DNA of 64,000 nt from Octopus sinensis (lineage: Eukaryota), in contig NC_043020.1 in NCBI RefSeq assembly GCF_006345805.1, positions 20,832,001-20,896,000 of the forward strand. The letters run 5' to 3'. Made by a program: the position numbers and the translations under genes. Positions 12,301 through 25,694 of this stretch are shown piece after piece; position 1 is the stretch's first letter; every line of letters begins with the position of its first letter. The notes beneath the pieces were generated by a model that saw only the letters and a program-made list of their open reading frames with translations, was not told the origin of the DNA and did not search any database.

Positions 12301-15300
12301 CGAGCAAATCAACCCCAGGATTTATTCTTTGTAAGCCTAGTACTTATTCTATCGATCTCTTTTGCTGAACCGCTAAGTTACGGAGGTGTAAACACACCAG
12401 TATCGGTTGTCAAGCGATGTTGGTGGGACAAAAATAGACACAAACACACGCACACACATATATATATATATACATATATACGATGGACTTCTTTCAGTTC
12501 CATCTACCAAATCCACTCACAAGGCTATAGTAGAAGATACTTGCCCAAGGTGCCACACAGTGGGACTAAACTCGGAACCATGTGTTGGTAAGCATGCTAC
12601 TTACCACACAGCCAATTTTATAATACAATATCTGATTTTAAATTTTTGTTTAATGAGTTTTGTTAAGAAAAAGAAAATAATATAATAATTAAAAATAAGT
12701 CCGAAATGTTTTAGCTTAATATAAAGAAATTTTTAAATCAAAAATATTAACTTCAAATTTTTTTAAAATTTGCAATAAAGAGCCAAAAAATATGAAGAAC
12801 TAAATAATGCAAATGCTATTTCATAAACAATTTCAGAAATTTATTTAGCAAATTCTAACTTCAGCAGCAATATTTTAAGTATTTTACCTTCTTGCCCTGT
12901 ATTTTCCAGGTTTAATTGCTATTTGTTCTGTACATTCCTAGGTTCACTACTTAAGAATATTCTAGGATTCTTCACCTACATTTTTCATTCTGGCCCACTT
13001 TATTTCCAGGCAACACTTCTATCATTATAATTATTATAATTGTAAAAGTGATACTCCTGTAAATATTTATTAAAAACAGGTTTTGTTCAAACTTAGAAAT
13101 TTTGTTTGCACATAAATATATTTTTGAGCAATTTATATTAAAAAAAATAATTAATAATTAGTTTTTCATGAGTGAAATTTTTTATCATATGTTTTTAATA
13201 AGTACATAATTTAATACATAAACAAAATAAGAAAAAAATAATAGGAGCAGTAGTGGTTGTGTAAGAAAGAAGCTTGCTTCTCAACCACATGGTACTGGGT
13301 TCGATTCCACTGCATGGCACCTTGGGTTAGTGTCTTCTACTATAGCCTCAGGCCAACCAAAGTCTTGTAAGTAGATTTGGCACACAGAAACCGAAAGAAG
13401 CCCTATTTTATATATATATATATATATATAAAACTGTAGTTGTGTGAGTGTCTGTCCCTTTCGATTTAGATTCCTAACTACTCCCACATTTTGTGGTGCA
13501 GTTTAACCAAATTCAGGTATCTTATAGTCGTGATTCATATCGAGCCCGTCTGGGTATTAGCGCGTGTCTACGATGAGTCTACGATTTTAAAAATAATTTA
13601 ACATCATTTTTTATTCCATTTTAATGCATAATTTTTCATGTGTCGATGGCGGCGGAGTTGGTGTCCATGGTTACACCTGCACCTGTTGCTTCTCCCCCTT
13701 CTTCCCTCCCTCGTGAAGCTGTGGGGAAGGGAGTGTAAGGAAATCAACGTCGTAAAGTGTTGTCAAGGAGACCAGCGTTCTTTTAGAACAACGACTTCAT
13801 GGCTTGAAGACACCAAAACAGAAATGGCTAAGAAAGCCCAAATTGGCATCTATAAGGGAAGTAACTCTCTAAAAATGCTTATATAGTTATTTCCCTTACA
13901 AACCCGAGCAACGCCGGGCGATACTGCTAGTATATATATATATTAATAAAAGGAATTCCAACCTTGTCTGATTTTCACGTTTTATTTACAATCTTATAAT
14001 GATATAATATAATATAATATAATATAATAAAATAAAATAAAATAATAGAATGTTAAATGTTCATTCTGATTGAACTAGTACTTTCATATCTAAGTCCTGA
14101 GGACAACCCAAGGAAGAGGAAAACAAGAACAAGTCATACCATTCATAGTGACACACAACCCATGTCAACAGAATATCTTCAACATTGCCAAAGCAAACCT
14201 ACCAATCATTGCCCAAAGTAATGAATTAAAAGACATACTCACGGATCGAGCTATGGTGCTTAGTAAAAGACAGCCTAAAAACTTGAAAAAATTACTAACA
14301 AAGGCAAAATTTGACCTTAGCAACAAAGACCAAACATTCACTGTATCTAAATGCAATGATAGCCACTGTGGCACATGCCAATTCATACATACCGGCCAAT
14401 ATATAAACACAAAAACCGGGAAAATATTCACAAATGCGAATATGAACTGCAAAAGCAGAAATTTAATTTACTGCATCAAATGTCCAAATTGTGAAGAAAT
14501 ATATGTAGGTCAGACGGGAAACGCACTATCAGAACGCTCACATGTACACCGACAACAGATTAGAGACCCAGAGGTTCGTCAGATACCTTTGAGTAACCAC
14601 CTAGCAACATGTGGTCGGAAAATATATATATTTCCATTCTACAAATTATACAGCCCAAGTGAAATCGAGAGGAAAATCAGAGAAAAGAATTTTATTGATA
14701 AATTCGAACCCAAGCTAAATAAGCAATAATAATACTTAGATAGCAGGAAAATTATCTTATTTAGGGTTAAAAGTTCTATTGCCACCATCATCACCACTAG
14801 CAACAATAATTAAGGTGCTGACAATGATGATGATGATGACAATTGAAATATAAAAATATAAAAATCTCTGACAAAGGCTATTTACAACATTTCTAAAAAT
14901 AGCCCAACAATTGCTGCTTAGGCCAGGGTCAAGATACAGGACTCTTGACATGTCCAACAAAGCGTGACGCCGAAACCAATCAGCTTAAGTAATTGAGTGA
15001 TACTACACACTGATTGGTCAGAATATAGTTTGCAAAACCTAGCATCTGGAGCCTACACAGCTGTATTTAAAGCACAGATTCAATCATCTCGCTACAGTCA
15101 AAAATTGTGAAGCATGACTGTCACCACTACTACATGAACCTGAAGATTGCAGAATTTAATGCATGAAAGTACTAGTTCAATCAGAATGAACATTTAACAT
15201 TCTATTATTTTATTTTATTTTATTATATTATATTATCTTATCTTATATCATTATAAGATTGTAAATACGTGAAAATCAGACAAGGTTGGAATTCCTTTTA

Positions 15301-15381
15301 TTAATATATTCTGCTATACACAATCACACCCACCCGTGTATATATATATATATATACACATATATACACACACACACACAT

Positions 15382-15414
<33 letters not shown>

Positions 15415-17376
15415 CGTGATCACGTGACCAACCAGACCATCAGATGTTGTTACACATTGCTGGTCACAATGCGTTCGCATTGTTTTAGCCTTCGAATGAC
15501 GCCACCCCGCTGGCTAAGTGAGCAGGCCAATATATATACACACACACACACATATATACATATATTTTCATCTAGTTTCAGCTCACAAACTGTACCATGC
15601 TGGGGCACCACCATTCGATGTTATTACCTGATTTTACTTCACGAATGCTTTTTAGCAATTGACATTTGGTGCATGAGAGAGTTTGATGCAGCTACCCTCA
15701 TCTATACCTCCTGCTTGTGAAGTTGATTCATCTGGGACACCTGAAAGGAAGAGGTCCAGCTTTATTTTAAAGACATCCGCATCCACCCCATGCAGGTCTC
15801 TCAGGTCCTTCAGGAGGATATTGAAGAGCTGTGGACCTCTGAAGCCCAGGCTATCGCAGTATCTTGTCCTACATCTTGATGGCAAATTTGGAGTCCTTGG
15901 CACTATGCAGTGGCACCCAGTTCTAGTATTTGTGTAACTCTCGATGCCAAAGTTTGGGACAAGTCCTTCCAGGATCTTCCAGATGTATATTATGGCATAT
16001 CTTTCTCACCTACGCTCTAAGGAATAGAGTCTTAATCTCTTGAGTCTTTCCCAATAGCTTATATGCTGCACAGAGGCTATCTTCTTCATGTAGCTTCGTT
16101 GGATCACCTCAAGTTCTGTGATTAATTTGACACTGGATTGTGACCATAGCTGAGAGCAATAGTCAAAGTGGCTTAGAACAAGTGTCCTCCAGAGGACCAT
16201 CGTGGTTTCCTGGTCTCTTGTTCTAAAAACTCTAAGAATCCATCCGGTCAGCCGCCTCTATTTCATTGCCAATTTAGCAACATGCACATGAAAGGTTGCA
16301 TGATTACTCATGTAAATACCCAGGTCTCGCACTGATTGTGCCTCTGGGATTGCAATCCCCCCAGGTCCAGTGTATTTATTGGGTATTGCAGTTAGTTTTG
16401 CATGCTGATAGCATAAAGCTTGAAACTTTTCAGCATTGAACTGCATGCTATTCTTTTCGGCCCACTTGTATATTTTGTCCAGCTCACATTGCAGGTGCAT
16501 AGTGTCTTCAGGGTTTTGTATTACCTGTGAAACTTTTCTATCATCTGCATAACTTGTGATCGTGGATCTCTGCGTAGCTGTGGGCATGTCTGAGAGGGCC
16601 ATTATGAACAGCAGTGGTCCCAAAACAGTGCCTTGCGGAACACCGCTCACTATTTGCGTGTTATTGGAGGTGGCCCCATTGGCTACTACCACCTGACTTC
16701 TATCCTTCAGAAAGTCATGAAGCCATTCTCCCAATTTTCCAACTATGCCAAGATCACGCAGTTTGTAACATATCATTCCATGATCGACTTTGTCAAAGGC
16801 CTTTGCAAAGTCGAGATATGTCACTTTCACATATACATCTGGAAAATCCTGGAGGGTCTTGTCCCAAACTTTGGCATTCAAAGTTACCCCAACCGCAGAA
16901 CAGGGCGCCACTGCATGGTGCCAAGGATTCCAACATCACCATCAAAATACAGGTCCAGATACTGCAACAGCTTGGGTTTCAGAGGACCACAGCTCTTTAA
17001 CATCCTCCCTAAATGCCTGAGAGACTTACATGGTGTGGATGTGGGTTTCTTTAAAACTAAACTGGATCTCTTCTTGTTGGGAGTCCCAGATGAACCTACC
17101 TCACGACAGGAGACTCGGATGCGGGCAGCAGCATCAAACTCTCTTGTTGATCAAGTGCCATGTATCAGAGGTGGATTCACAAATTAGTGTAGCTCATTCA
17201 GCGGTGGTGCCCCAGCATGGCCGCAGCCTTCGGGCTAAAACATTTTAATGGATTTAATGGATTTATATATATATATATATATAATATATATATATATAAT
17301 ATATATATATATATATACATATATACCGTCCAACCCGTGCTAGCGCGGAAAACGGATGTTAAACAATGATGATGAT

Positions 17377-17444
<68 letters not shown>

Positions 17445-20400
17445 GAATCCTTAAATCCTTAAAAATGTTTCAGCCTGAAGGCTGTGGCCATGCTGGGGCA
17501 CCACCATTGAATGAGCTACACTAATATGTGAATCTACCTCTGATACGTGGCACTTGATCAACAAGGGAGTTTGATGCCGCTGCCCGCATCTGTGTCTCCT
17601 GTCGTGATGTAGGTTCATCTGGGACCCCCGACAAGAAAAGATCCAGCTTAGTTTTAAAGAAACCCACATCCACACCATGTAAGTCTCTCAGGCATTTAGG
17701 GAGGATGTTGAAGAGCTGTGGTCCTCTGAAACACAAGCTGTTGCAGTATCTGGTCCTGTATTCTGATGGTGATGTTGGAATCCTTGGCACCATGCAGTGG
17801 CGCCCCGCTCTGCGGTTGGGATAACTTTGAATGTCAAAGTTTGGGACAAGACCCTCCAGGATTTTCCAGATGTATATCACTGCATATATATATGTATATA
17901 TCTATGTGTGTGTCCTCGTGTCTGTGTTTGTGCCCCCCATCACTGCTTGACGTGTGTATGTTCCCATAGCATAGCAGTTTGGCAAAGGATACTGATAAAA
18001 TAAGTACTAGGCTTAAAAAAATAAGACCTGGGGTTGATTGTTCAACTAAAACTCCTCAAGGCAGTGCTCCAGCATGGCTACAAACCAAAGAGGGAAGGAA
18101 TGAAATTGCAAAAAAATCATAACTATTTTCATGCTTATAATTTCTGGAGCAAGCTTTCTCCAAAATATTCCCCTGGATGAACTCTTTCATCTGAGTTCAA
18201 ATAACATTATTTTTCTTTTAGAAAAACAAAAGTATTTTGATTTCTTAAAATTATCACCTTTATTTTTGGGTCACTAAAAGCTGAACAACAGTTTTTGTAG
18301 CTAATAATTTTTGAGAAGGTTTATACCATACCCTTAGAAATCGAAGTCTTCACAATATTCTTAGAGAATGGAAAAAAAATGGCTAACACACCACCAGTGA
18401 GGATTGAAACATACCTCTCAAATTCCAGTTAAGTGTGCTGTACTATTAAGCTAAGTGACATATGACATCAGATACTATCTTTTATAATGTTAAATATCTT
18501 AACATGACAAAACTATTTTAATTTGTTAAAATGATCACTTTTTTTTGTCACTTTACACCACACCACATTTTTTTTGTAGCTAATATTTTTTGATGGGGCT
18601 TTCACCATCAGATTCATTTCATAGATTTGTTTCGTTTGAACACAACTGTTGCATAGTTTTCTTCAATATTGGCTGAGATATTTTGATTTTTGAGGTTACC
18701 GACAATTTTTTTGTCATTTAATGTGGTTTTCATCAAAAGATTCTTCTCAGAGAGAACTTTCTTTTAAATTCAATTAATCCATACTTTTCTTTTAAAATAA
18801 CTGAGATATTTTGACTCAAGTCATATTTTCATCTTACTCTCACATTTTTGACCTCACATATTCTGATGAAACCTTTTTTTTTTAATGAATCAATTTTCAA
18901 TTATCTGATCTCAAAGACTAGACAATCATTGCTAAAAAAACCACATTCAGTTTGGTTGAGAAGTAAATTGGTGATGAAACCTAGAAGTGCTCACAAGTAA
19001 TTAAAAGTTGATCTTGAGAATATATTTATCCACTGCCATGGGTGAATGATAATAGTTACTTCAAGAGACGGGACTGTCACAGCAAAAATATAGATCAACT
19101 GAATTAGGGCTGACCTGAGATTAAATAACAACTTCGTTAACAGAGCAAAGACATGGGTGTGTGATTAAGTAGTTTGCCTTGCAACCACATGGTTCCATGG
19201 TGCAGCATCCTGTCTTCTAAAAACAGCTTCAGATTGAACAATGCCATGTAAGTGAAATTAGTAGATGGAAACTGTGAAGAAGCACATCATATTGGTGAGA
19301 GATATTCACATCAATGAGAATATCAATCAATAAATTAATGTGCTGAATAAAAATACCTTGTGGTTTTTATTTTACTCCACCCAAGTTGCACAGATATATC
19401 TTTGTCACTTTCATCATCAGAAATGCAATGAAACATGATTAGTTATTAGAAACTTATAACCAATAAAGCTATTGATCACAAAGTGCATGACAAAATAAAA
19501 TAAAGTCTGTTATCAGAGAAAGAAAGAGAGACAGAGTTAACTGGTGCACAGTTTTAGGCAGCTCTATGGAACAACCGCAATCTATAATTATTCTAAACTG
19601 AAATTAATGTGATAACTGTTTACAGCATCTTTTTCTTTGTCTATGCAAAGTGATAAATAGAAGACAATATTGATGACATGAAACAAATTAAATGGTAAAT
19701 CAACCTGTAGACGTCAGGGAATTCATCATTAAGCAGGTCCAAAATATATGTTCCCACACCAGCGCCTGTACCTAGAAGTAAAAAGATCAAAGAAAGCCCT
19801 TTGAGATGTCTGTTTTCAATTTAGCAGGCTGATGAGGGACAGAGAGATTGTCAGTAGTTGTTTTTATTCTCCTATGAAATAAGTTTGATTTTATTAGCTA
19901 GTCTCAAGAAGGGTAGAAAACTGATAGAATTGTTAAAGCAACCAGACACAATACTTTATGATATTTGTTCAGGCTTTTCACATTTTGTGTTCAGATCTTC
20001 CTGAGATCAACTTTGCCTTACATTCTTCCAGGGCCATTAAAATAAAGTACTAATCAACAATAATAAAATTTCAGCAGCCTGGCTGTACAAACATGATCAT
20101 GGACATCAACACATGCATGAACTTATAGTCCAGTGAATGATCACGAATCTGAAATCACTCACTGAAGAAACAGCACACCACCAACCAGCAACAAACCTCA
20201 CTCTGTAATTATTTGTCAATTAAGGTTACCTTATATAAATTTAACTGATTTTCTGTCTATCTCTTTCTAGCCACTGCTCTGTCTCTCACTATATATATAT
20301 CATCATCATCATCATTTAACCTCTGTTTTCAATGCTGGCATGGTTTGACAAGGGCTAGTATACCAGAAGACTGCACCAGTCTTCCCTATCTGTTTTGGTA

Positions 20401-23400
20401 TGGTTTTTATGGCTGGATGCCCTTCCTAATGCCAACCACCTTACATTAATGCTTGTTTTTATGCTCAGTTACAATAAAAACAATTTTACGTTAATTTGAT
20501 GGGTTACTTTATACTTTTGAAGAGTAAAAATTTATTATTGTTATATAGTTTTGGCCAGCTAAACTATTATCAGACTGGCTGAAATTTTGAAGTCATTGTC
20601 AACAATATTCTTGTATAAGAATATATATATATATATCTTTGTATGTATGTATGTATTCAACTACCCATGCTCTACAGCAGAAGTATTAAGACTGATCTTT
20701 CTGGTGATGTAAAGCAATTGTGGCAATGCCACATAAAAGCACCTTTGTGGTGCCATGTAAAAGCACCCAGCGCACTCTGTAAAATGGTTGGTGTTAGAAA
20801 GGGCATCCAGCTGTAGAAACCATGCCAAATCAAACTGGAGTCTGGTGTAGCTCTCCAGCTTGCTAGCTCTAGTCAAATCATCCAACCCATGCCAGCATAG
20901 ACAATGAATGTTAAAGGATGATGATGATGATGAACTACCTGTCTCTCTAGTCACTTCTCTTTCTGTCTGCTTGCCTGTGCTTCTGTTTATTGCTGTATCT
21001 TTGTATCTTTCCATTCATCTACTTTTTCTGACAATCTGGTTAAGCATTATGACTTAAACATTTGTAATAACAACTAAATTCCTATTGTCTGTTGCATTAT
21101 TCTGTAATACAACATTCAAAAGCATTTACCATTACAGACACTATATGCACAATTGATCTTACTCCTCCACCAAATTTCTGACTTTCTTTCAAGTTTTATT
21201 ATAGTTAAATATAGGAACAAAGGAGGTAGTTAATGCGAGTGGATGGATTGACTAACTACTGAAAGAGCAGACTTGTATGGCAGATCCATTCAACTCATGT
21301 AAATATATATGTTTGTGTGTGTAAACATTAAACTAAAAGTTAATTACTCACCTCCTCCCATGGAATGGATGATAAAAAAACACTGAAGACAATCACAGAA
21401 TTCTGCTGCTCGTCTCACAGATTCTAGAATTGCTTCTCGGTAGTGGTGGCCATACGTCTTGTTTCCAACAGCCCTTCCAGGACAAAAAAAAAAGTATGTA
21501 ATTGTACAACAATGAGACATAACTGAGACCAAGGAGGAGAATTTTGTAAACTTGAGCTGAAATAGTTATCTTTGGTTTTATTGTTTATCTATATGACTGA
21601 TGTCGGAAGGAAATATTTGCCTTTGCTTTGCTGAGACAGAAAAGGCCAGGTGTTGTCTTTTAATCAATAAATCAGTATTGTGTGTGTGTGTATGGAGGGT
21701 AATGGTGGTGGAAATGGTCAATCTCATAAATGTATGACAGCATTTTGTATCATTCATTTAGGTTTCATGTCTACCAAAAATTTTTACCAGGGACCAATTC
21801 CTCTTTTGTCTCTATTTTGAGCTGCAATAAAAAATGTGCCAGCAATTTACTAGTGCTGTATCCCTTACACAAGTTACTCTTGCATTTTTGTAAACAAGAA
21901 ATTAACCCCACTTTGTTGCCAACATCATTCCTAACCACCACTGCTACTGCCACTACTGCCATTCTTGGTCAATAAGGTAGCTACTACACCGTCGTTTGGT
22001 CTGCTAGAAACAGCAGCCAAATGTTCCTTAAACGATAAAACCAGTGATATGGAGTAGATTGCACAATTTAGTTATACAAACAATGTCAGAAAATTATGGG
22101 ACAGATATCGTTGGAATGTTACGGATCATAGTTGTGTTCAATCAGGGCTGACCAACTCTCATCATCATTCTAATGTATATATTCCATGCTGACACAGGTT
22201 TGTCATGTGACTATTATAAATGGCGTGAATGAGTAAAGTGTTACAGTCAGAGATATCCATCAAAGGGTGAAGTACAGGGAAGTGGAAAGGGAGGATATTA
22301 GTAATGGAAATAAGGTGAAAATAAGGACCATTACTAGAAACTGAAACCAGGAAACTCACATACTTTCATATGCTTCAGTTGTAATTGTTCACATACAAAG
22401 TTGTTATTGTAAGTTAACTACAGGTCAACCTTGACTGAGTAAAACTATGATGCTTATTTGTATATCAAGGATTACATTGCTAATGTAGAGTGTAAAGAAA
22501 GCTTTGGTTGCTGTTTCTAACAGGTTGAGCAACAGTGCCTTCATCACACTTCAGTATTGAGTGAGGTTATATTGTGAAATCAGAGGAGGAGGAGGAGGAG
22601 GAGGAAGGGTTAAAAAAAAAAGCAATGTCATTGATTATTTGCAAGCAACTCTCAAATACAAATGCTGCCAATTGAAAGATTCAGACACTAGAAGGCTTAA
22701 GGGTTATCATTAGAGAATGCACAGCATTTTCGGCCCTTCCTCTTGATGGTATTATTATGCACCAGCTCCCTGTCATTGAGATGAGGTTTCTTTTGCTAGA
22801 TCAAAATTCCATTGCTCATTGTCTCTTTTTAACCAAATCCAGTGGCTTCTCTTCTCCACTGCAGCCTGGATATCACTTGTGATGGTGTGTGTGCATGTGT
22901 GTGTGCGTGTGTGTGTGTGTGTGGTAAATTCATCTATGTCTGCTACCACTGCTACCAATGAGCCTATGCAGAAGGCCCTATGTGGTTGTACTATCTGCTA
23001 GAAACAGCAGCTAAATCTCGAATTGCAATCTACAGTCTTTCAAACAAAGCTAAGACATTGGATAGTACCTGAGATAAACTATGTTTGAAAAGATGGGATG
23101 GTCATTTTTGGGACACATTTAATTATAGGTCTGCTGCATCAGGGCTGAAAACAACAATACCTCATGATCCCTACCTTACAACAAAGTATCCCTTATATTA
23201 AAATAAACCTATTCCTTTACTGCAAAAAGACCCTATCTTAAACTAAACCTTATCTTACAACAAATATTTCCTATCTTATAATGACCCCTGTCTTACACCT
23301 GTCCCCTGTCTTAGAACAAATTGTTCCATATCTTAGGACATGTATCCTAGAGTAAGTGATCTGTAGTCAATAGAAATGGGTGATTTCTCCACTGAATCTG

Positions 23401-25646
23401 TTAGGAATTCCCTTACCAATTGTTGCCACTTCCAGAGACATCTGTGATGAGTTGTTGGTGATCAAAGAGTTCTCCTAAAGGACTTCTCAAAAGCTCACTG
23501 ACAACACCTTCTTCCATGTCAACTAAAACAGCCTAGAAAATAAACATAAGAGGGTTGTATTGTAAGTAATACAAAAGTGAACATAACTTTTTTGTTAACT
23601 GGCATAAATTGTTCAAATGACATAACTCTTGTTCTACAGAAATGTATTTGCAATCCCCATTGAAGCTAACATTTTTTGAAAAAATTCTGGTGTGCATTTC
23701 TTCACAGTCACTTGTGCCTTGTTAGGAGTTACATATCCAGGCTGTATGGTGGACAGGGGACTACTGACCAGCCCAATTTGCCAGCTGCTTGATAAGTTGC
23801 TTCAACTGTGTGTGTGGTTCTGCATTATCAACATAAATGTGGGTTTTTTTTTCTGGTCCTTGTGTGGTACCCTCCTTCTAATGACTTCTCTAAAGTGTCT
23901 TGTGTATTTCACTGTACCCATCATTATTTACAGCACAGCAACATTCCAGAAAATCAAGGAGAATGATGCCCTTGTCATTCTAAAAATCAGTTACCATGAC
24001 TTTCTGTACTGATTGCAGGCTCTTGAATTTCATAATCTTGGAAGAACAGGTATGGTGTCATTCCATGAACTGAGTTTCTGGAGCATAAAGATATGTCCTT
24101 GTTTCATCTCCCATATCTATCATCACAATCTACCAACTATAGCTCCTTATGTATCCCTATCTCTCCCTTTCCACAACTTTTACACCTAAACCCCTACATA
24201 TCATTCAACTACTTTCTGTTCTGTTCTCCTTCTTAAGCAACTTCTCTATCTCCCACTTCACCACTCTGCGTATTGGTATTTCCCATCATCTGCACCCCCA
24301 CCCTTGTTCATTACTCATTACACTTACCTCTACCTGTTTATTTCCACCTCACTTTCTTATGAAATTATCCACTTTCATTCCCTTCCATAATCCACCATCC
24401 TTGTCCTCTTTTACACTCATTTTCTTGTCCCCCGCCTCGTGAGTTTGCTCCAGCAACACATCACTACTTTCCTCTTATCTCCTCTATAGCAAGACACATG
24501 TGTTTGTCCCTCTAGTATTCTTTAGCCTTTAAACACTTGGCCTACCACCACCCATCTCCACCTGCTCTTCTTAAATACTCCTCAGTAGTAGTAGTTTTTC
24601 CTCCCTTTCCTTCTCCTCCTTCTCTGTTCTCTGTCTTCTCACTAGTGCCAGTGGCATGAAAAAAGCACCCAATACACTCTGCAAAGTAGTAGTGCCAGAG
24701 ACATGAAAAAGAACGCAAAATGGTTGGTGTTAGGAAGGGCATCCAGCCATAAAAACCATACCAAAGATGACATTGGGGCTTGATATGGCTCTGCTGCTCA
24801 CCAGTTGCCTGTAAAACTATCCTACCTATGTCAGAATGAAAAGTAGACATTATACGATGATGATGGGAGGGGACCAAGACTCGGAATGTCAACATGAAGA
24901 AATATAGTCAGGCTGGTTGTACTTTTTTTTAATAATTAGGTAAGAATCTTTTATCACTTGGCAGATATAAGTTTGCCTATTTAAAGTGTCAGGACTAAGA
25001 TTTACAATGTATCAGACCTCATCAATATAATATCAACACAGAAACAGAAATGGTTTTCCTTGATTTTGTTAACTTTTTTCATAAGAAATATTATTGCATT
25101 TTCACAACAGCTTCAGGAAACTAAGCAAATCTTTAATGAACCTTGAGTCAATCTTAATCTTTATTCCTAGCTGCTGAGAGCTCTGTTCTTTAACTTAGGG
25201 TCCTATTTCCTCAGTAAAGCTAGATATATTTTTATTAAATATAATTGTAACTGTGTTCCATTGTCATCATCATTATCATTTTACATCTCCTCTCCATGCT
25301 GGCATGGGTTGGTTAGCCCGTTCTGAGGCAGTATTTAATAGTGGATGCCCTTCCCAATGAGAACCCTTTGTTATGTTTTATGACACATATGAATATGGCA
25401 TACATTTTCTAAAGAATGCAATACAGCTGGTTACAACTTGTCAAATGAACTCCACTCCACTCTTGTCGACTTACTCAAGATATTTCCAAAGAAATAACAT
25501 AGTCTATAATGTAAGTATCTCAAGCTCTTATGGGGGTGGCAGAGAGTGGTGTGGAAGTAAAAAACAAAAAACAAGTGTTACCTGTACTTTCAAAGTATCA
25601 TAACTACTTCTATATTATGTGCCTGTACTTGAGGGGATGATTATTA

Positions 25647-25694
<48 letters not shown>

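Larger units (their letters stand above)
13938..15309 (+). mobile_element. Penelope-like element, 5'-truncated, with an inverted partial copy of its 3' terminus
   Basis: GIY-YIG ORF 14148..14729. 13938-14087 is the reverse complement of 15163-15309. Hammerhead motif in the 3' terminal region. Confidence 0.9.

Noticed and set aside
18385-18460. tRNA-like sequence on the minus strand (and tRNA-like heads at 25696, 45105, 63730)
   Set aside because: Acceptor and T stems do not pair properly. These are SINE heads or decayed derivatives, not tRNA genes.
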